A stretch of DNA of 64,000 bases, from the NCBI GenBank assembly GCA_965237955.1, contig OZ250169.1:3424001-3488000 (forward strand). The letters are read 5' to 3'. The DNA is from Candidatus Marinacidobacterales bacterium (GTDB lineage: Bacteria; Acidobacteriota; Vicinamibacteria; Marinacidobacterales; SMYC01). How positions within the stretch are numbered: the stretch's first letter is position 1; each line of letters begins with the position of its first letter. The translations under genes and the position numbers were made by a program. Shown here piece by piece: positions 9,924 through 22,111 of the stretch. The notes under the pieces are model-generated. The model was given only the letters and a program-made list of their open reading frames with translations, was not told where the DNA came from and did not search any database.

Positions 9924-10220
9924 ATGAACAAAGTCAAGATGCTGACAGGACACGAGATTCCTCTCGATGGGGATTTGCTCTACATGCTGGAATCTTTCTA
10001 TCGAGAGGTCGCGCTCAAACGTGAGCTCAAGGCGACCTTCTACGATATGATGAACGAGATCGTCAACCTCGTCGAAGGGATGGACGAAGAGGCACGAAAG
10101 CAGTACCTCATCGAAAGCATCTTTTTGAACACGGTCACGTACGAGAACGAACGCCTGAGCGCCTACATGAAGAAGCTCACGGGACGCTCGGGCGACGACA
10201 CCGAGTCGAAGTTGGAGTAA
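9924..10220 (+). CDS. Hypothetical small acidic helical protein
   Basis: 98 aa ORF with GAGG upstream, co-oriented with its neighbours. Confidence 0.7.
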   Translation: MNKVKMLTGHEIPLDGDLLYMLESFYREVALKRELKATFYDMMNEIVNLVEGMDEEARKQYLIESIFLNTVTYENERLSAYMKKLTGRSGDDTESKLE

Positions 10221-10245
10221 GAGGAGTGGAGCGTGTACCGAAGCG

Positions 10246-10657
10246 ATGAATAAGATGAGAGTTGTGACCGCGAGTGTCCTCGCGGTGATGTTGTGTGGCG
10301 TCGACAAGCACGAGCGTCACGCAACCGAAGAGCAAGCCCGGACCCGTGATGGAGATCGAGCCGAAAGAGCACGATTTCGGGGGAGTGAAACAAGATCAGA
10401 AGCTAGTGCACGAGTTCAAGGTGAACAACGTGGGAACCGAGGACTTGGAGATCCGGCGCATCTCCACGTCGTGTGGGTGCACCGCGGCCATACTCGCCGA
10501 ACGAATCGTGAAGCCGGGAGAATCGACGACCCTCGAAGTCGTCTTGGAGACGCGCAAGTACAAGGGCGTCATCGACAAGAGCGTGTCGGTGGCATCGAAC
10601 GACCGCGAGCGCGTCCGTACGGTACGTGTGCGCGCTTTCGTCGAAGTGCCGGAGTAA
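10246..10657 (+). pseudogene. DUF1573 Ig-like exported protein, frameshift near 10291-10296
   Basis: Signal peptide in one frame; 'HDFG...HEFKVNNVG..DLEI..ISTSCGCTA' in another. Confidence 0.75.
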
Positions 10658-10705
10658 TTCAGAGGAAACTTGCTGCTAAACAGGCCGAACGGATGCTCAG
10701 CTGAA

Positions 10706-11602
10706 CTAAGCCGTTTCGACTACTTCGACAGAAACGGCGCCAGCCGACGGAGCGGGCTCGGTGACGAGCTCCCAGCTTTCCGGGGTGCGGAGAATCGATT
10801 CCACGAGCTTCGTGTGGAGCTTGTGACCGGCGCGTGTCGCGACGACGTGAGCTTTCAACGGATTTCCGAGCAGCATGAGATCGCCTAGCAAGTCGAGAAG
10901 CTTGTGGCGGACGAATTCGTCGGGGAACCGTAGCGGATTGTTGAGAACGCCGGTCTCGCCGAGGACGACGGCGTTGTCGAGCGAGCCCCCGAGGGCTAGC
11001 CCGCTTTGCCGCATCAGCTCTACGTCCTTGAGAAACCCGAACGTCCGGGCGGGGGCGATTTCATCGACGAAACTGGTCTCATCGATCTCGGTCGAGTACT
11101 CCTGATGCCGCAACAGCGGGTGGTCGAAGTTGATGGTATAACTCAAGCGCAACGTATCGCACGGGTACGCGGCGACCGAACGCGCCCCATCGGTGACCGA
11201 GATCGGACTCGTGAGCTTCAGAGAAGATCGGAGCGCGGTAAGTTTTCTAATCCCGGCCTCGTGGATGAGGTAGATGAACGGGGCCGCACTCCCATCCATG
11301 ATCGGCACTTCCGGGCCATCGAGCTCGACGAGAACGTTGTCGACGCCGAGCGCATGAAACGCGGCGAGCAAATGTTCGACGGTCTCGATACGGACGCCAT
11401 CCCGGGCTAGGCATGTCGCGCGATTGATGTGAGAGAGGTGCCGAGCGGTGGCTGGGATTCTCGAGCCGTTCTGATCCAGCCTCACGAAAACGATTCCGCT
11501 GTCGGCAGGCGCCGGTTTGAGGGTCAAGGTGACGTTGCGGCCGGAGTGGAGGCCGATTCCGACGCAGGTCGTAGCTTCTTTGAGGGTTCTCTGCTTCCGC
11601 AT
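10706..11602 (-). CDS. lpxC: UDP-3-O-acyl-GlcNAc deacetylase
   Basis: GIGLHSG, TVEHLLAA, PIMDGSA, ARTFGF, RFPDEFVRHKLLD. Confidence 0.97.
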   Translation of the reverse strand: MRKQRTLKEATTCVGIGLHSGRNVTLTLKPAPADSGIVFVRLDQNGSRIPATARHLSHINRATCLARDGVRIETVEHLLAAFHALGVDNVLVELDGPEVPIMDGSAAPFIYLIHEAGIRKLTALRSSLKLTSPISVTDGARSVAAYPCDTLRLSYTINFDHPLLRHQEYSTEIDETSFVDEIAPARTFGFLKDVELMRQSGLALGGSLDNAVVLGETGVLNNPLRFPDEFVRHKLLDLLGDLMLLGNPLKAHVVATRAGHKLHTKLVESILRTPESWELVTEPAPSAGAVSVEVVETA

Positions 11603-11959
11603 ACAGTCTATTGTCCCGGTAGCTGACCGGGCCCAGCATGGTCGTCAAGCAACTATCGTGCCAGGCCTCGCCGCGGCACCGCTGAGCTAAGTGACGTCGG
11701 ACGACGGTGTTAAGACTACCCCGCATTGGGCGCGAACGCGAGTGTGTCACATTAGACACACTCTGATGGAGCGGTGTGTATCTTTTATGCACTCGTATTC
11801 ACTCGTGGCGCGGCTCCCTTGGCTTTGTTTCTGGTAAGATGAGTGCGTTCCCTGAAGAGGAGTTGGCGCCGAGGTGCGATTTGCGGGCAAAACGGCCTTG
11901 ATTACGGGATGATCATCGAACAAGCTCGAGCACAACCCGAACCGAAACAAGGCGATCGT

Positions 11960-12478
11960 ATGGATCTTGGCAACTACATTCAAAAGGGATTGCAGATCCT
12001 CCAGCTCGACGTCAACACGATTCGCGACGCGTCCAAGGACGAGGACGCGTTGCTGCCGGCACTCCTCTTTTTCGCGCTCGCCGGCCTCGCGAACGGCGCC
12101 GGACAATTCAACTTCCGGGTGATGATCTTCGGTCCCATTCTCGCGATGCTCCTTTCTTTCGTTCTCGTTGGACTCTTGAGCGTGCTCTCTCGTTTGTTCG
12201 GGAGCTCCGCGAGTTTCCTCAAGCTCTACCGTCCTCTCGGGCTCGCCGCACCGCTCCACTGGGTGCAAGCCGTGCCGATCATCGGACCGTTCCTGGGTTT
12301 TTTCGCGCTTCTCTACTTTGCGGTGGTCGCCGCGCTCACCGTCGAGACCGCGGGCGATCTGTCCCGCCCTAGAGCGGCGGCGGTGGTCGGACTCCTCGTC
12401 GGGATCAGCTTGTTCTTGTTCCTGGTGTTCTTCGCGATGGTGGGATCGCTTCTCTTGTTCCGCGCTTTATTCTCTTGA
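11960..12478 (+). CDS. Yip1-like membrane protein
   Basis: ~5 TM helices, 172 aa. Confidence 0.65.
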   Translation: MDLGNYIQKGLQILQLDVNTIRDASKDEDALLPALLFFALAGLANGAGQFNFRVMIFGPILAMLLSFVLVGLLSVLSRLFGSSASFLKLYRPLGLAAPLHWVQAVPIIGPFLGFFALLYFAVVAALTVETAGDLSRPRAAAVVGLLVGISLFLFLVFFAMVGSLLLFRALFS

Positions 12479-12548
12479 ATGCTGGCTTGCGTTCCTCCTC
12501 AGTTTTCTCTAACTTAATAGGCAAAGCAAAGCAGGAGGCATCGGCGCA

Positions 12549-15068
<2,520 letters not shown>

Positions 15069-15071
15069 GCG

Positions 15072-16979
15072 ATGGCGACGTACACCGCGAAAGACATCAC
15101 CGTTCTCCAGGGCCTCGAGCCCGTCCGCAAACGTCCGGGCATGTACATCGGTGGCGTCTCGTCCCACGGTCTCCACCATTTGATTTGGGAAGTCCTCGAC
15201 AACAGCGTCGACGAGGCCATGAATGGGTACGCCACGCAGATTCACGTGACGCTTCACAAAGACGGCTCGTCGATCACGATTACCGACGACGGTCGAGGAA
15301 TTCCCATCGATCGCCATCCGCGAGCGAAAAAGCCCGCGCTCGAGGTCATCCTCACCACGCTCCACGCGGGAGGAAAGTTCGACGGACAAAACTACAAGAC
15401 CGCGGGCGGCCTTCACGGCGTCGGTGCGTCGGTGGTGAACGCCCTCTCGTCGCAACTAATCGCAAGGGTGAAACGAAACGGCTCTATCTACGAGCAGAGG
15501 TTCAAGGCGGGAAAGCCCGCTACTCAGCTCCGGAAGAAAGGCCCCGGCCGCGGCTCGGGCACGAGCATCACGTTTCATCCGGACCCGAAAATTTTCCCGA
15601 AGACCCGCTTCAACCCAGAGACGATCAAAGAGCGTCTCGAGACGACGAGCTACTTGCACAAGGGACTCCGGATTACCTTCATCGACGAGGCCTCGAAGCA
15701 GAAAATCGTCTTCGAGCACGATGAAGGCATTAGCGCGTACCTAGCTCGGATACTCCACGAGCGACGCGCTAAGCCCGTCCACGAGACACCGTTCGTCATC
15801 GAGCAGCAGAACGAGCAGGGGACCCGGCTAGAGCTGGTCATGCAGTGGACCGAGTCCACCGACGAGTATCTGCGAAGCTTCGTCAACGGGATCCCGACCG
15901 GATCGGGGGGCTCCCACGAGAACGGATTTCGCTCGGGACTCGGCAAGGCAGTGCGAAACTACATCGACACCCACAAGCTTACTCCCAAAGGTGTGTCGCT
16001 TTCTTCCGAAGACATTCGCGAAGGCGTCGTCGGCGTTCTCAGCGTCTTCATCACCGATCCGCAGTTCCAAGGACAGACCAAGGATCGGTTGCACAATCCC
16101 GAAGTACAGCAGTATCTCGACGGTGCGGTGCGACCGCAGCTCGAGCATTGGCTCAACCATAACCGCTCCACAGCCGAAGCCATCGTCGCGCGCATCATCC
16201 TCGCGGCGCGCGCGCGAGAAGCGTCACGCGCCGCCTCGGCGGCGGTGGCTCGCAACACCGCCACGAAGTCGCGGTTGATGTTGCCCGGCAAACTGACCGA
16301 TTGCACTTCGACGCGGTCGGCGGAAACGGAGATCTTCATCGTGGAAGGCGACTCGGCCGGCGGATCGGCGAAGCAAGGTCGCGACCGCGCCAAACAAGCG
16401 GTGTTGCCGCTTCGCGGCAAGGTCTTGAACGTCGAGCAAGCGTCGCTCGCGAAAGTTCTCGAGAACAAGGAGCTCGCCGACCTCGTGCAAGCTCTCGGCT
16501 GCGGTCTCGGAAAGAACTTCGACCTCGACAAGCTTCGCTACCAGCGTGTGATTCTTCTCGCCGACGCCGACGCCGACGGGCATCACATCACCACGCTCCT
16601 TCTGACGTTCATCTACCGCTACATGCCCGAGCTCATCCGCGCGCGGCGCGTGTTTATCGCGCAACCGCCGCTATATCGCATCGACATCAACCAGAAGACC
16701 TATTGGGCCGCTGACGATTTCGCTCGAGCCCGCATTCTGGAGCAACACGGCAAAGGCCGGAACGCGGACATCACACGGTTCAAAGGGTTGGGCGAGATGA
16801 TGCCCAAGGTCCTGTGGGAAACGACACTCAACCCAAAGACGCGGCGGCTACTGCGCGTCAGCATCGATAACGCGCTCGAAACGGACCGCGTCATCGCCGA
16901 TCTCATGGGGAAGGATCCGTCGGCGCGATTCAACTTCATCATGGAGCGCGCCGAAGAAGCCGAACAACTCGACGTGTAG
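15072..16979 (+). CDS. parE: Type IIA topoisomerase subunit B (topo IV-like)
   Basis: VRKRPGMYIG, EVLDNSVDE, GGLHGVG, EGDSAGGSAK, PLRGK, DADADG, RFKGLGEM. Confidence 0.85.
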   Translation: MATYTAKDITVLQGLEPVRKRPGMYIGGVSSHGLHHLIWEVLDNSVDEAMNGYATQIHVTLHKDGSSITITDDGRGIPIDRHPRAKKPALEVILTTLHAGGKFDGQNYKTAGGLHGVGASVVNALSSQLIARVKRNGSIYEQRFKAGKPATQLRKKGPGRGSGTSITFHPDPKIFPKTRFNPETIKERLETTSYLHKGLRITFIDEASKQKIVFEHDEGISAYLARILHERRAKPVHETPFVIEQQNEQGTRLELVMQWTESTDEYLRSFVNGIPTGSGGSHENGFRSGLGKAVRNYIDTHKLTPKGVSLSSEDIREGVVGVLSVFITDPQFQGQTKDRLHNPEVQQYLDGAVRPQLEHWLNHNRSTAEAIVARIILAARAREASRAASAAVARNTATKSRLMLPGKLTDCTSTRSAETEIFIVEGDSAGGSAKQGRDRAKQAVLPLRGKVLNVEQASLAKVLENKELADLVQALGCGLGKNFDLDKLRYQRVILLADADADGHHITTLLLTFIYRYMPELIRARRVFIAQPPLYRIDINQKTYWAADDFARARILEQHGKGRNADITRFKGLGEMMPKVLWETTLNPKTRRLLRVSIDNALETDRVIADLMGKDPSARFNFIMERAEEAEQLDV

Positions 16980-16985
16980 AGGCCC

Positions 16986-18071
16986 ATGCTCAAGAAGGGT
17001 CTCGCGGTTTTCTTGGCGCTCGCGGTTGTCGCGCTCTCTGCGGTTTGGGTTGTCGATTTCGATGCGACCGAGCTCGGAACCGCGGCGCTTCGCCAAGCGA
17101 GTGCATCAACAGGAATTCAACTTGATGCCTCACGATACCGCATCAATTTGGTGCGAGGTCTCGAGCTCGAAAACGTCGAGGCGAGCGCACGCGTCCCTGG
17201 CGGTCGCTACACGATCACGATGCCCGCGATGCGGTTCGACCACCGCGTGCTCTCGCTTTTGAGCGGACGACTCGAGTTCGAAAGAGTCGTCCTTACCGAG
17301 CCGCGTGTCGCGATCGTCACCGCTTCCGAGCCGGAACCCACCGCGCCGGCGTCGCCATCGACTCGAGCACGCCGCTCGCGCGAGCGTTCCGAGGCACCAT
17401 CGGCCGAGCCCTCCACCTCACCCGTCGAGCTTCGAGTTCGTGAGATCGAGCTCTCGGGAGCAGCGTTCTCGTTCAACGACGAGCTATCTCTCGACGGCGT
17501 CGACATATCGCTCCAAAGCCCTGCCCTCGCGACCGGTGCCCTGACCCTCTTGCATGCGATCGCCGCCACCGGACAGATTTCGATTCAGGAGCTTTCGTTC
17601 CGTACGACGACGGTCCAAAACGTCGCTGCAACGCTGGGCTTATCGGGAGGCCGGCTCGAGCTTGCCGACGGTGCGTTCGAGACGGACCGGGGCTCGTTCC
17701 AAGCGAACGTTCATCTGGATTTCAATTCCTTCCCCGTTCGCCACCGCCTGTCGTTGACCGGCCGGCTTACCGGCGTCCCCGGTGTGGTGAGCTTCGAAGG
17801 GGAGGGCTTCGGGCTCGACGCGACGAACTTGAAAGGGGAAGGTCGGTGGACGGTGCCGGCCGGACGGTTCGATGCCGCACCGCTGTGGCAGATTTTGGAG
17901 CTCACCGGGTCGGCGTACGAGGCGACCGAGCTCTCGTTTCGAGTTGCGGACGGCCGGCTCACGCTCGACGGGTTGTGGATTCGTGGCTCGGTCGGGCTCG
18001 ACGGCACGCTCGATCTGGTTGTTAGTGGCACGGAAGTTTCGGGAACGTGGGATGCTCCGGTGGTTAGGTGA
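16986..18071 (+). CDS. AsmA-family protein
   Basis: N-terminal TM anchor, 'RVLSLLSGRLEFERVVLTEPRV', beta-rich C-terminus ending 'SGTWDAP'. Confidence 0.7.
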   Translation: MLKKGLAVFLALAVVALSAVWVVDFDATELGTAALRQASASTGIQLDASRYRINLVRGLELENVEASARVPGGRYTITMPAMRFDHRVLSLLSGRLEFERVVLTEPRVAIVTASEPEPTAPASPSTRARRSRERSEAPSAEPSTSPVELRVREIELSGAAFSFNDELSLDGVDISLQSPALATGALTLLHAIAATGQISIQELSFRTTTVQNVAATLGLSGGRLELADGAFETDRGSFQANVHLDFNSFPVRHRLSLTGRLTGVPGVVSFEGEGFGLDATNLKGEGRWTVPAGRFDAAPLWQILELTGSAYEATELSFRVADGRLTLDGLWIRGSVGLDGTLDLVVSGTEVSGTWDAPVVR

Positions 18072-18076
18072 GCCAG

Positions 18077-18193
18077 GAAAAACGAACGCAAAGGCGCCAA
18101 GACGCAAAGGCGCAAAGGGGCCGAATCGAGTACAGCAAAGCGAACTCGAACCCTTTGCGTCCTTGCGCCTTGGCGCCTTTGCGTTCGTTTTTC
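18077..18193. repeat. Palindromic CGCAAAG-unit repeat (family A), possible bidirectional terminator
   Basis: ~43-bp near-perfect inverted arms between convergent genes. Confidence 0.85.
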
Positions 18194-18210
18194 GGGATCG
18201 GCCGAGTGCT

Positions 18211-19080
18211 CTAGTCGCGACTCGTCCGCTCGAACCGCAACGCCGCGATCTGCTCTGACAGCAGCCCGAACAGGAACAGCACCGCCGCCCCGGTAATTAG
18301 CAGCACCGAAGTGTTCGTAACGTGGATCTCGGTAATGATCGTGTAGATCATGTATCCGGTCCCGACAAGAAAAAACACGAGCGAGATCGGAAAGAAAATC
18401 CGAAGAGGGCTGAAAAGGGTAATCATGCGCAAGATGAGCATGACGAAACGCCACCCCTCGCGCCACGGTCGCATCTTGGTCTTCTCGCTCCCGCCGCGCT
18501 TTTGGCCGTCGATGGGCACGAAGCACACACTGTAGCCCGCCTTGACGAAGGCGAGCGTGCTCGTGGCCGGGTAGCTGAACCCGTTCGGGAACAAGTGCAG
18601 GAACTCGCGGAACAAGCTCCTTTTTGCGGCGCGAAATCCCGAGGTGAGATCGGAGATGGGAAACCCGGAGAGCATCGACGCGAATCGATTGAGCGCACTG
18701 TTGCCGAGCCCGCGTGAGAGGGTCGCCTGGCTTGCGAATGAGCGCGCGCCTATTACGAGCTCGTACTCGGACAGCTTCTCGGTCAGCTTCGTGATTTCCG
18801 CGGGCGGGTGCTGGCCGTCCGCGTCCATGAGCAAAATGAACTCCCCAACGGCTGCGCGCACCGCGGTCTTGACGGCCGCGCCGTTGCCTTTGTTGTAGGG
18901 ATGGCGGATGACTTTCGCCCCCGCTTTCGCGGCCGCGTCGGCGGTTCCATCCTTGGAGCCGTCGTCGACGACGATGACTTCTTTCCAATGACCGAGGCTT
19001 TGGATCTCGGCGATGATCTCGGCGATCGCGCTTTCTTCTTCGAATGCAGGGATCAGAACGCTGGTGCGCTCGAACGTCAT
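18211..19080 (-). CDS. GT2 glycosyltransferase (DPM1-like) with C-terminal TMs
   Basis: IPAFEEE, VVDDGSKD, MDADGQH, DLTSGFRA. Confidence 0.9.
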   Translation of the reverse strand: MTFERTSVLIPAFEEESAIAEIIAEIQSLGHWKEVIVVDDGSKDGTADAAAKAGAKVIRHPYNKGNGAAVKTAVRAAVGEFILLMDADGQHPPAEITKLTEKLSEYELVIGARSFASQATLSRGLGNSALNRFASMLSGFPISDLTSGFRAAKRSLFREFLHLFPNGFSYPATSTLAFVKAGYSVCFVPIDGQKRGGSEKTKMRPWREGWRFVMLILRMITLFSPLRIFFPISLVFFLVGTGYMIYTIITEIHVTNTSVLLITGAAVLFLFGLLSEQIAALRFERTSRD

Positions 19081-20075
19081 CGGTGGGTTTCCTGATGCTC
19101 CCGATCCCCCAGTTCCTTTTGCGACGTTTCTTTGTCGATGTGCTCGTCGAGCAGGCGCTGGCGGTAGAGCGCTTCTTCGACGAGGCGCCGCTGGGTCGCG
19201 TTGATGTCCATCACCAACCCGATGAGGAAAATCATGAACCCGAGGATCAAGAGCACTCCGGCGAGAATAACCGATTGCACGTGCCCTTGCCCCTCGTGCA
19301 GGATCTCGCGGAAGTACAGATAGCGGAGCGAGAATGCGATACCGGGCACGATGAACGCCGCACTGGCGTAGCTGAAGAACTTGAGCGGCTCGTACATTGC
19401 GTAAATGCGTACGATGGTCGCGGCGGAGCGCTTGACGTAGTCCCAGTTGGAGCGGATGAGGCGGCTCGGCCGGGTCTTGCGCGCGTCGATGGGAACTTGC
19501 GCGATCGCAAGGCGTTTCTTTCCCGCTTGGATGATGGACTCGAGCGTGTAAGTGTAGTCGGAGACGAGGTTCAAGCGTTGCGCTGCGTTTCGCGTAAACG
19601 CGCGGAATCCGCTCGTCGTATCGATGACGTCGGTTCCCGATACTTGCCGAACCACCCAGCTCCCGAGTGCCTGGAGCTTTTTCTTGGTGAACGAGAAATG
19701 CTCGACGTTTGCGACTTGCCGGTCGCCGATGACCATGTCGGCGTCGCCTCTCAGGATGGGCGCGACGAGCGCGGGTATCGACGAGCCCGGGTATTGGTTA
19801 TCGGCGTCGGTGTTGACGATGATGTCGGCGCCTAGCCTCAGAGCCGCGTCGAGCCCGGCTTTGAACGTCGCGGCGAGGCCACGACTTCGAGTGGATCGCA
19901 CCACGTGATCCGCGCCGTGGCGCCGAGCAACCTCCGCCGAGCCGTCGGTCGAGCCGTCGTCCATCAGAAGAACCTCGATGGTGTCGATGCCGTCGATGTG
20001 TCGAGGGATCTCGGCGAGCGTCTCGGGAAGCTGGTCCGCTTCGTTGAGACAGGGAATCTGGACGATGAGTTTCAT
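19077..20075 (-). CDS. GT2 glycosyltransferase
   Basis: MKLIVQIPCLNE, DDGSTD, NTDADNQY, DTTSGFRA. Confidence 0.9.
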   Translation of the reverse strand: MKLIVQIPCLNEADQLPETLAEIPRHIDGIDTIEVLLMDDGSTDGSAEVARRHGADHVVRSTRSRGLAATFKAGLDAALRLGADIIVNTDADNQYPGSSIPALVAPILRGDADMVIGDRQVANVEHFSFTKKKLQALGSWVVRQVSGTDVIDTTSGFRAFTRNAAQRLNLVSDYTYTLESIIQAGKKRLAIAQVPIDARKTRPSRLIRSNWDYVKRSAATIVRIYAMYEPLKFFSYASAAFIVPGIAFSLRYLYFREILHEGQGHVQSVILAGVLLILGFMIFLIGLVMDINATQRRLVEEALYRQRLLDEHIDKETSQKELGDREHQETHR

Positions 20076-20088
20076 GAGGGCAAACAAC

Positions 20089-20190
20089 TCAACGCAAAGG
20101 CGCAAGGACGCAAAGACGCAAAGAAAGAGCAAGCGCGTGAGCCCGATTGAGCTCTCTTTGCGCCTCCGCGCCTTTGCGCCTTTGCGTTGA
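20089..20190. repeat. Palindromic CGCAAAG-unit repeat (family A)
   Basis: tcaacgcaaaggcgcaaggacgcaaagacgcaaag ... ctttgcgcctccgcgcctttgcgcctttgcgttga. Confidence 0.85.
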
Positions 20191-20198
20191 AAAAAGGA

Positions 20199-21260
20199 TC
20201 AGACATTGAAGCGAAAGTAGACCACATCTGCTTCGGTAATGGGATAGTCTTTTCCCTCGAGGCGTAGGAGCCCTTTGTCCCGGCAGGCGTTCCACGATCC
20301 TTCCTCGACGAGGACGTCGTAAGTGACGACTTCGGCGCGGATGAAGCCCCGCTCCATGTCGCTATGGATCGTGCCTGCGGCTTTCGCAGCCCGGGTCTCA
20401 CGCCGGATAATCCATGCGCGAGACTCGGTATCGCATGCCGTATAGAACGTGATGACCTGAAGAAGCTCGAAGGCCGCGCGGACGATGCGCTCGACCATCC
20501 CTTCGCTCAGCCCGAGGTCTTTGCGGAACGTCTTGGCGTCTTCGGATGAGAGCTCGGCGATCTCGGCTTCGATCTTCGCCGAGACATAGGTCAACCGGAG
20601 ATCCGGGGCGTCCGCCCAATCCGTGAGCCCCAGTTTTTCCGTGAGCTCAGGATCGGAAGCCTGGTCTTCGCGGACATTGACGACGGCCAGTATCGGTTTC
20701 GCCGTCAACAGCGCGTAGCCCTTCAACCGGTCCCGATCCTCGACCGAGAACACCGACCGGAGCGGCTTGCCTTCGGCGAGCGCGTCCTTCGCTTTCCCCA
20801 AGAGCTTGAGCTCGCGGGGATCGGCCTTGTTGCCTTTTTTCGAATCGGAGACCATGCGCTCGTAGCGCTTTTCGACGACGGCGAGATCTGCGAGCGTCAG
20901 CTCGAGCTCCATGACTTCGATGTCGCGCGCGGCATCGACGCTCCCCTCAGGGTGCGGCACCGACGGCTCCTCGAACGCACGCACGACGTGAACGAGCACA
21001 TCCACGTTGCGGAGGTTCGCAAGGTCCAGCTTGTCGGTGGAGCGACCTTTCTCCACGCTGGGGATGAGTACGAAGTCGATCGTGGCGGCGGTGGTTTTCT
21101 TGGACTCATACAAGCGGGTGAGCTCCAAGAGTTTGAGGTCCGGCACTTTGAGCACTCCGAGCTGCTCGGTCCTCGCGGAAGCCGCCCCGGCCACCTGCGT
21201 TAGAAGCGCGAACAGCGTGCGCTTGCCTACCCCGCTGAATCCGACGATTCCAGCTTTCAT
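20199..21260 (-). CDS. ychF: YchF-family ATPase (divergent)
   Basis: VPD..L, HVVRAF, LLTAKP, AAGTIHSDMERGFIRAEV, LRLEGKDY, FRFNV. Confidence 0.88.
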   Translation of the reverse strand: MKAGIVGFSGVGKRTLFALLTQVAGAASARTEQLGVLKVPDLKLLELTRLYESKKTTAATIDFVLIPSVEKGRSTDKLDLANLRNVDVLVHVVRAFEEPSVPHPEGSVDAARDIEVMELELTLADLAVVEKRYERMVSDSKKGNKADPRELKLLGKAKDALAEGKPLRSVFSVEDRDRLKGYALLTAKPILAVVNVREDQASDPELTEKLGLTDWADAPDLRLTYVSAKIEAEIAELSSEDAKTFRKDLGLSEGMVERIVRAAFELLQVITFYTACDTESRAWIIRRETRAAKAAGTIHSDMERGFIRAEVVTYDVLVEEGSWNACRDKGLLRLEGKDYPITEADVVYFRFNV

Positions 21261-21303
21261 TGTCGCGTGGAGTTTACTACAGCGTAGATACCAGCTCGGC
21301 GCC

Positions 21304-21446
21304 GACCCCCTGCCCCGGTCCGCCCCCGTTCCCGAAGCCCCGAGCTCGCAAGATTGCACTCAACGCCTCACACGAAGAGGCGAAGCGAAACTTGGCGTTT
21401 TTAAGGTGGAATGGGACGGGGATGGGCAGGGGGCAGGGGCAGGGGA
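21304..21446. repeat. Imperfect inverted C-rich/G-rich repeat (family D)
   Basis: ccccctgccccggtccgcccccgttcccg versus gggacggggatgggcagggggcaggggcagggg. Confidence 0.6.
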
Positions 21447-21525
21447 AGTTCGACAGGGCCTTCGTAGGGAAAACACTACGCTAGATGTGGGGGGTCAGCG
21501 CCGCCAGGGACCCTCTAAATGCTTC

Positions 21526-21555
21526 TTGACAATAAGCTACTGGCTATCTTAGGAT
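21526..21555 (+). promoter_or_regulatory. Putative sigma70 promoter of the dcw operon
   Basis: TTGACA-18 bp-TAGGAT. Confidence 0.6.
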
Positions 21556-21559
21556 CTTA

Positions 21560-21584
21560 GTGGAACAGGGTGGAAGAAAGTGGT
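21560..21584 (+). promoter_or_regulatory. MraZ-binding direct repeats
   Basis: GTGG at 21560, 21570 and 21580 (10-bp period), upstream of mraZ. Confidence 0.8.
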
Positions 21585-21651
21585 TTAAGCTCCATCAATT
21601 TGGCTTTCCGGGTGGTGGACCATCCGAGAAGGTCTGGGGGAGATCTTGACG

Positions 21652-22092
21652 TTGCTCCGGGGCAACCATCCCGCAAGTGTCGACGAGAAGGGGCGGCTCA
21701 AGATTCCAGCGAGCTTCCTCCAACTCATCGAGACGAACTACGGACTGGACGTCTTCGTCACCAGTCTTCGTGGGGACCACGTGCGGATCTACCCGATGGA
21801 CGTCTGGTCGGAGTTCGAGCGCAAGCTCGGGGCGATGCCTGATTTCCATCCAACGAAGCAGAAGCTTTTGAAGCGCGTCCATTTCTACGGACAGACTAAC
21901 ACACTGGACAAGCAAGGCCGACTCGTGATTCCGGCGCATCTTCGCGAATCGGCACAGATGAAGGGGAGCGTCGACGTGCTGGGGATGCAAGACCGTTTGG
22001 ATGTGTGGAACCACGAGGTTTTGAAGGGACAGCTCGACGACGAGCCGTTCACAGAGGACGACGAGCGCGCGATGGCCGAGTTCGACATCTGA
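21652..22092 (+). CDS. mraZ: Transcriptional regulator MraZ
   Basis: VDEKGRLKIP and LDKQGRLVIPAHLR repeats. Confidence 0.95.
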   Translation: MLRGNHPASVDEKGRLKIPASFLQLIETNYGLDVFVTSLRGDHVRIYPMDVWSEFERKLGAMPDFHPTKQKLLKRVHFYGQTNTLDKQGRLVIPAHLRESAQMKGSVDVLGMQDRLDVWNHEVLKGQLDDEPFTEDDERAMAEFDI

Positions 22093-22111
22093 GGCGCGGC
22101 GACGAGCGAGC

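Noticed and set aside
20076-20132. 'LCVFASLRLCV' N-terminal peptide on the GT2
   Set aside because: Translation of a family-A repeat; the real start is 20075
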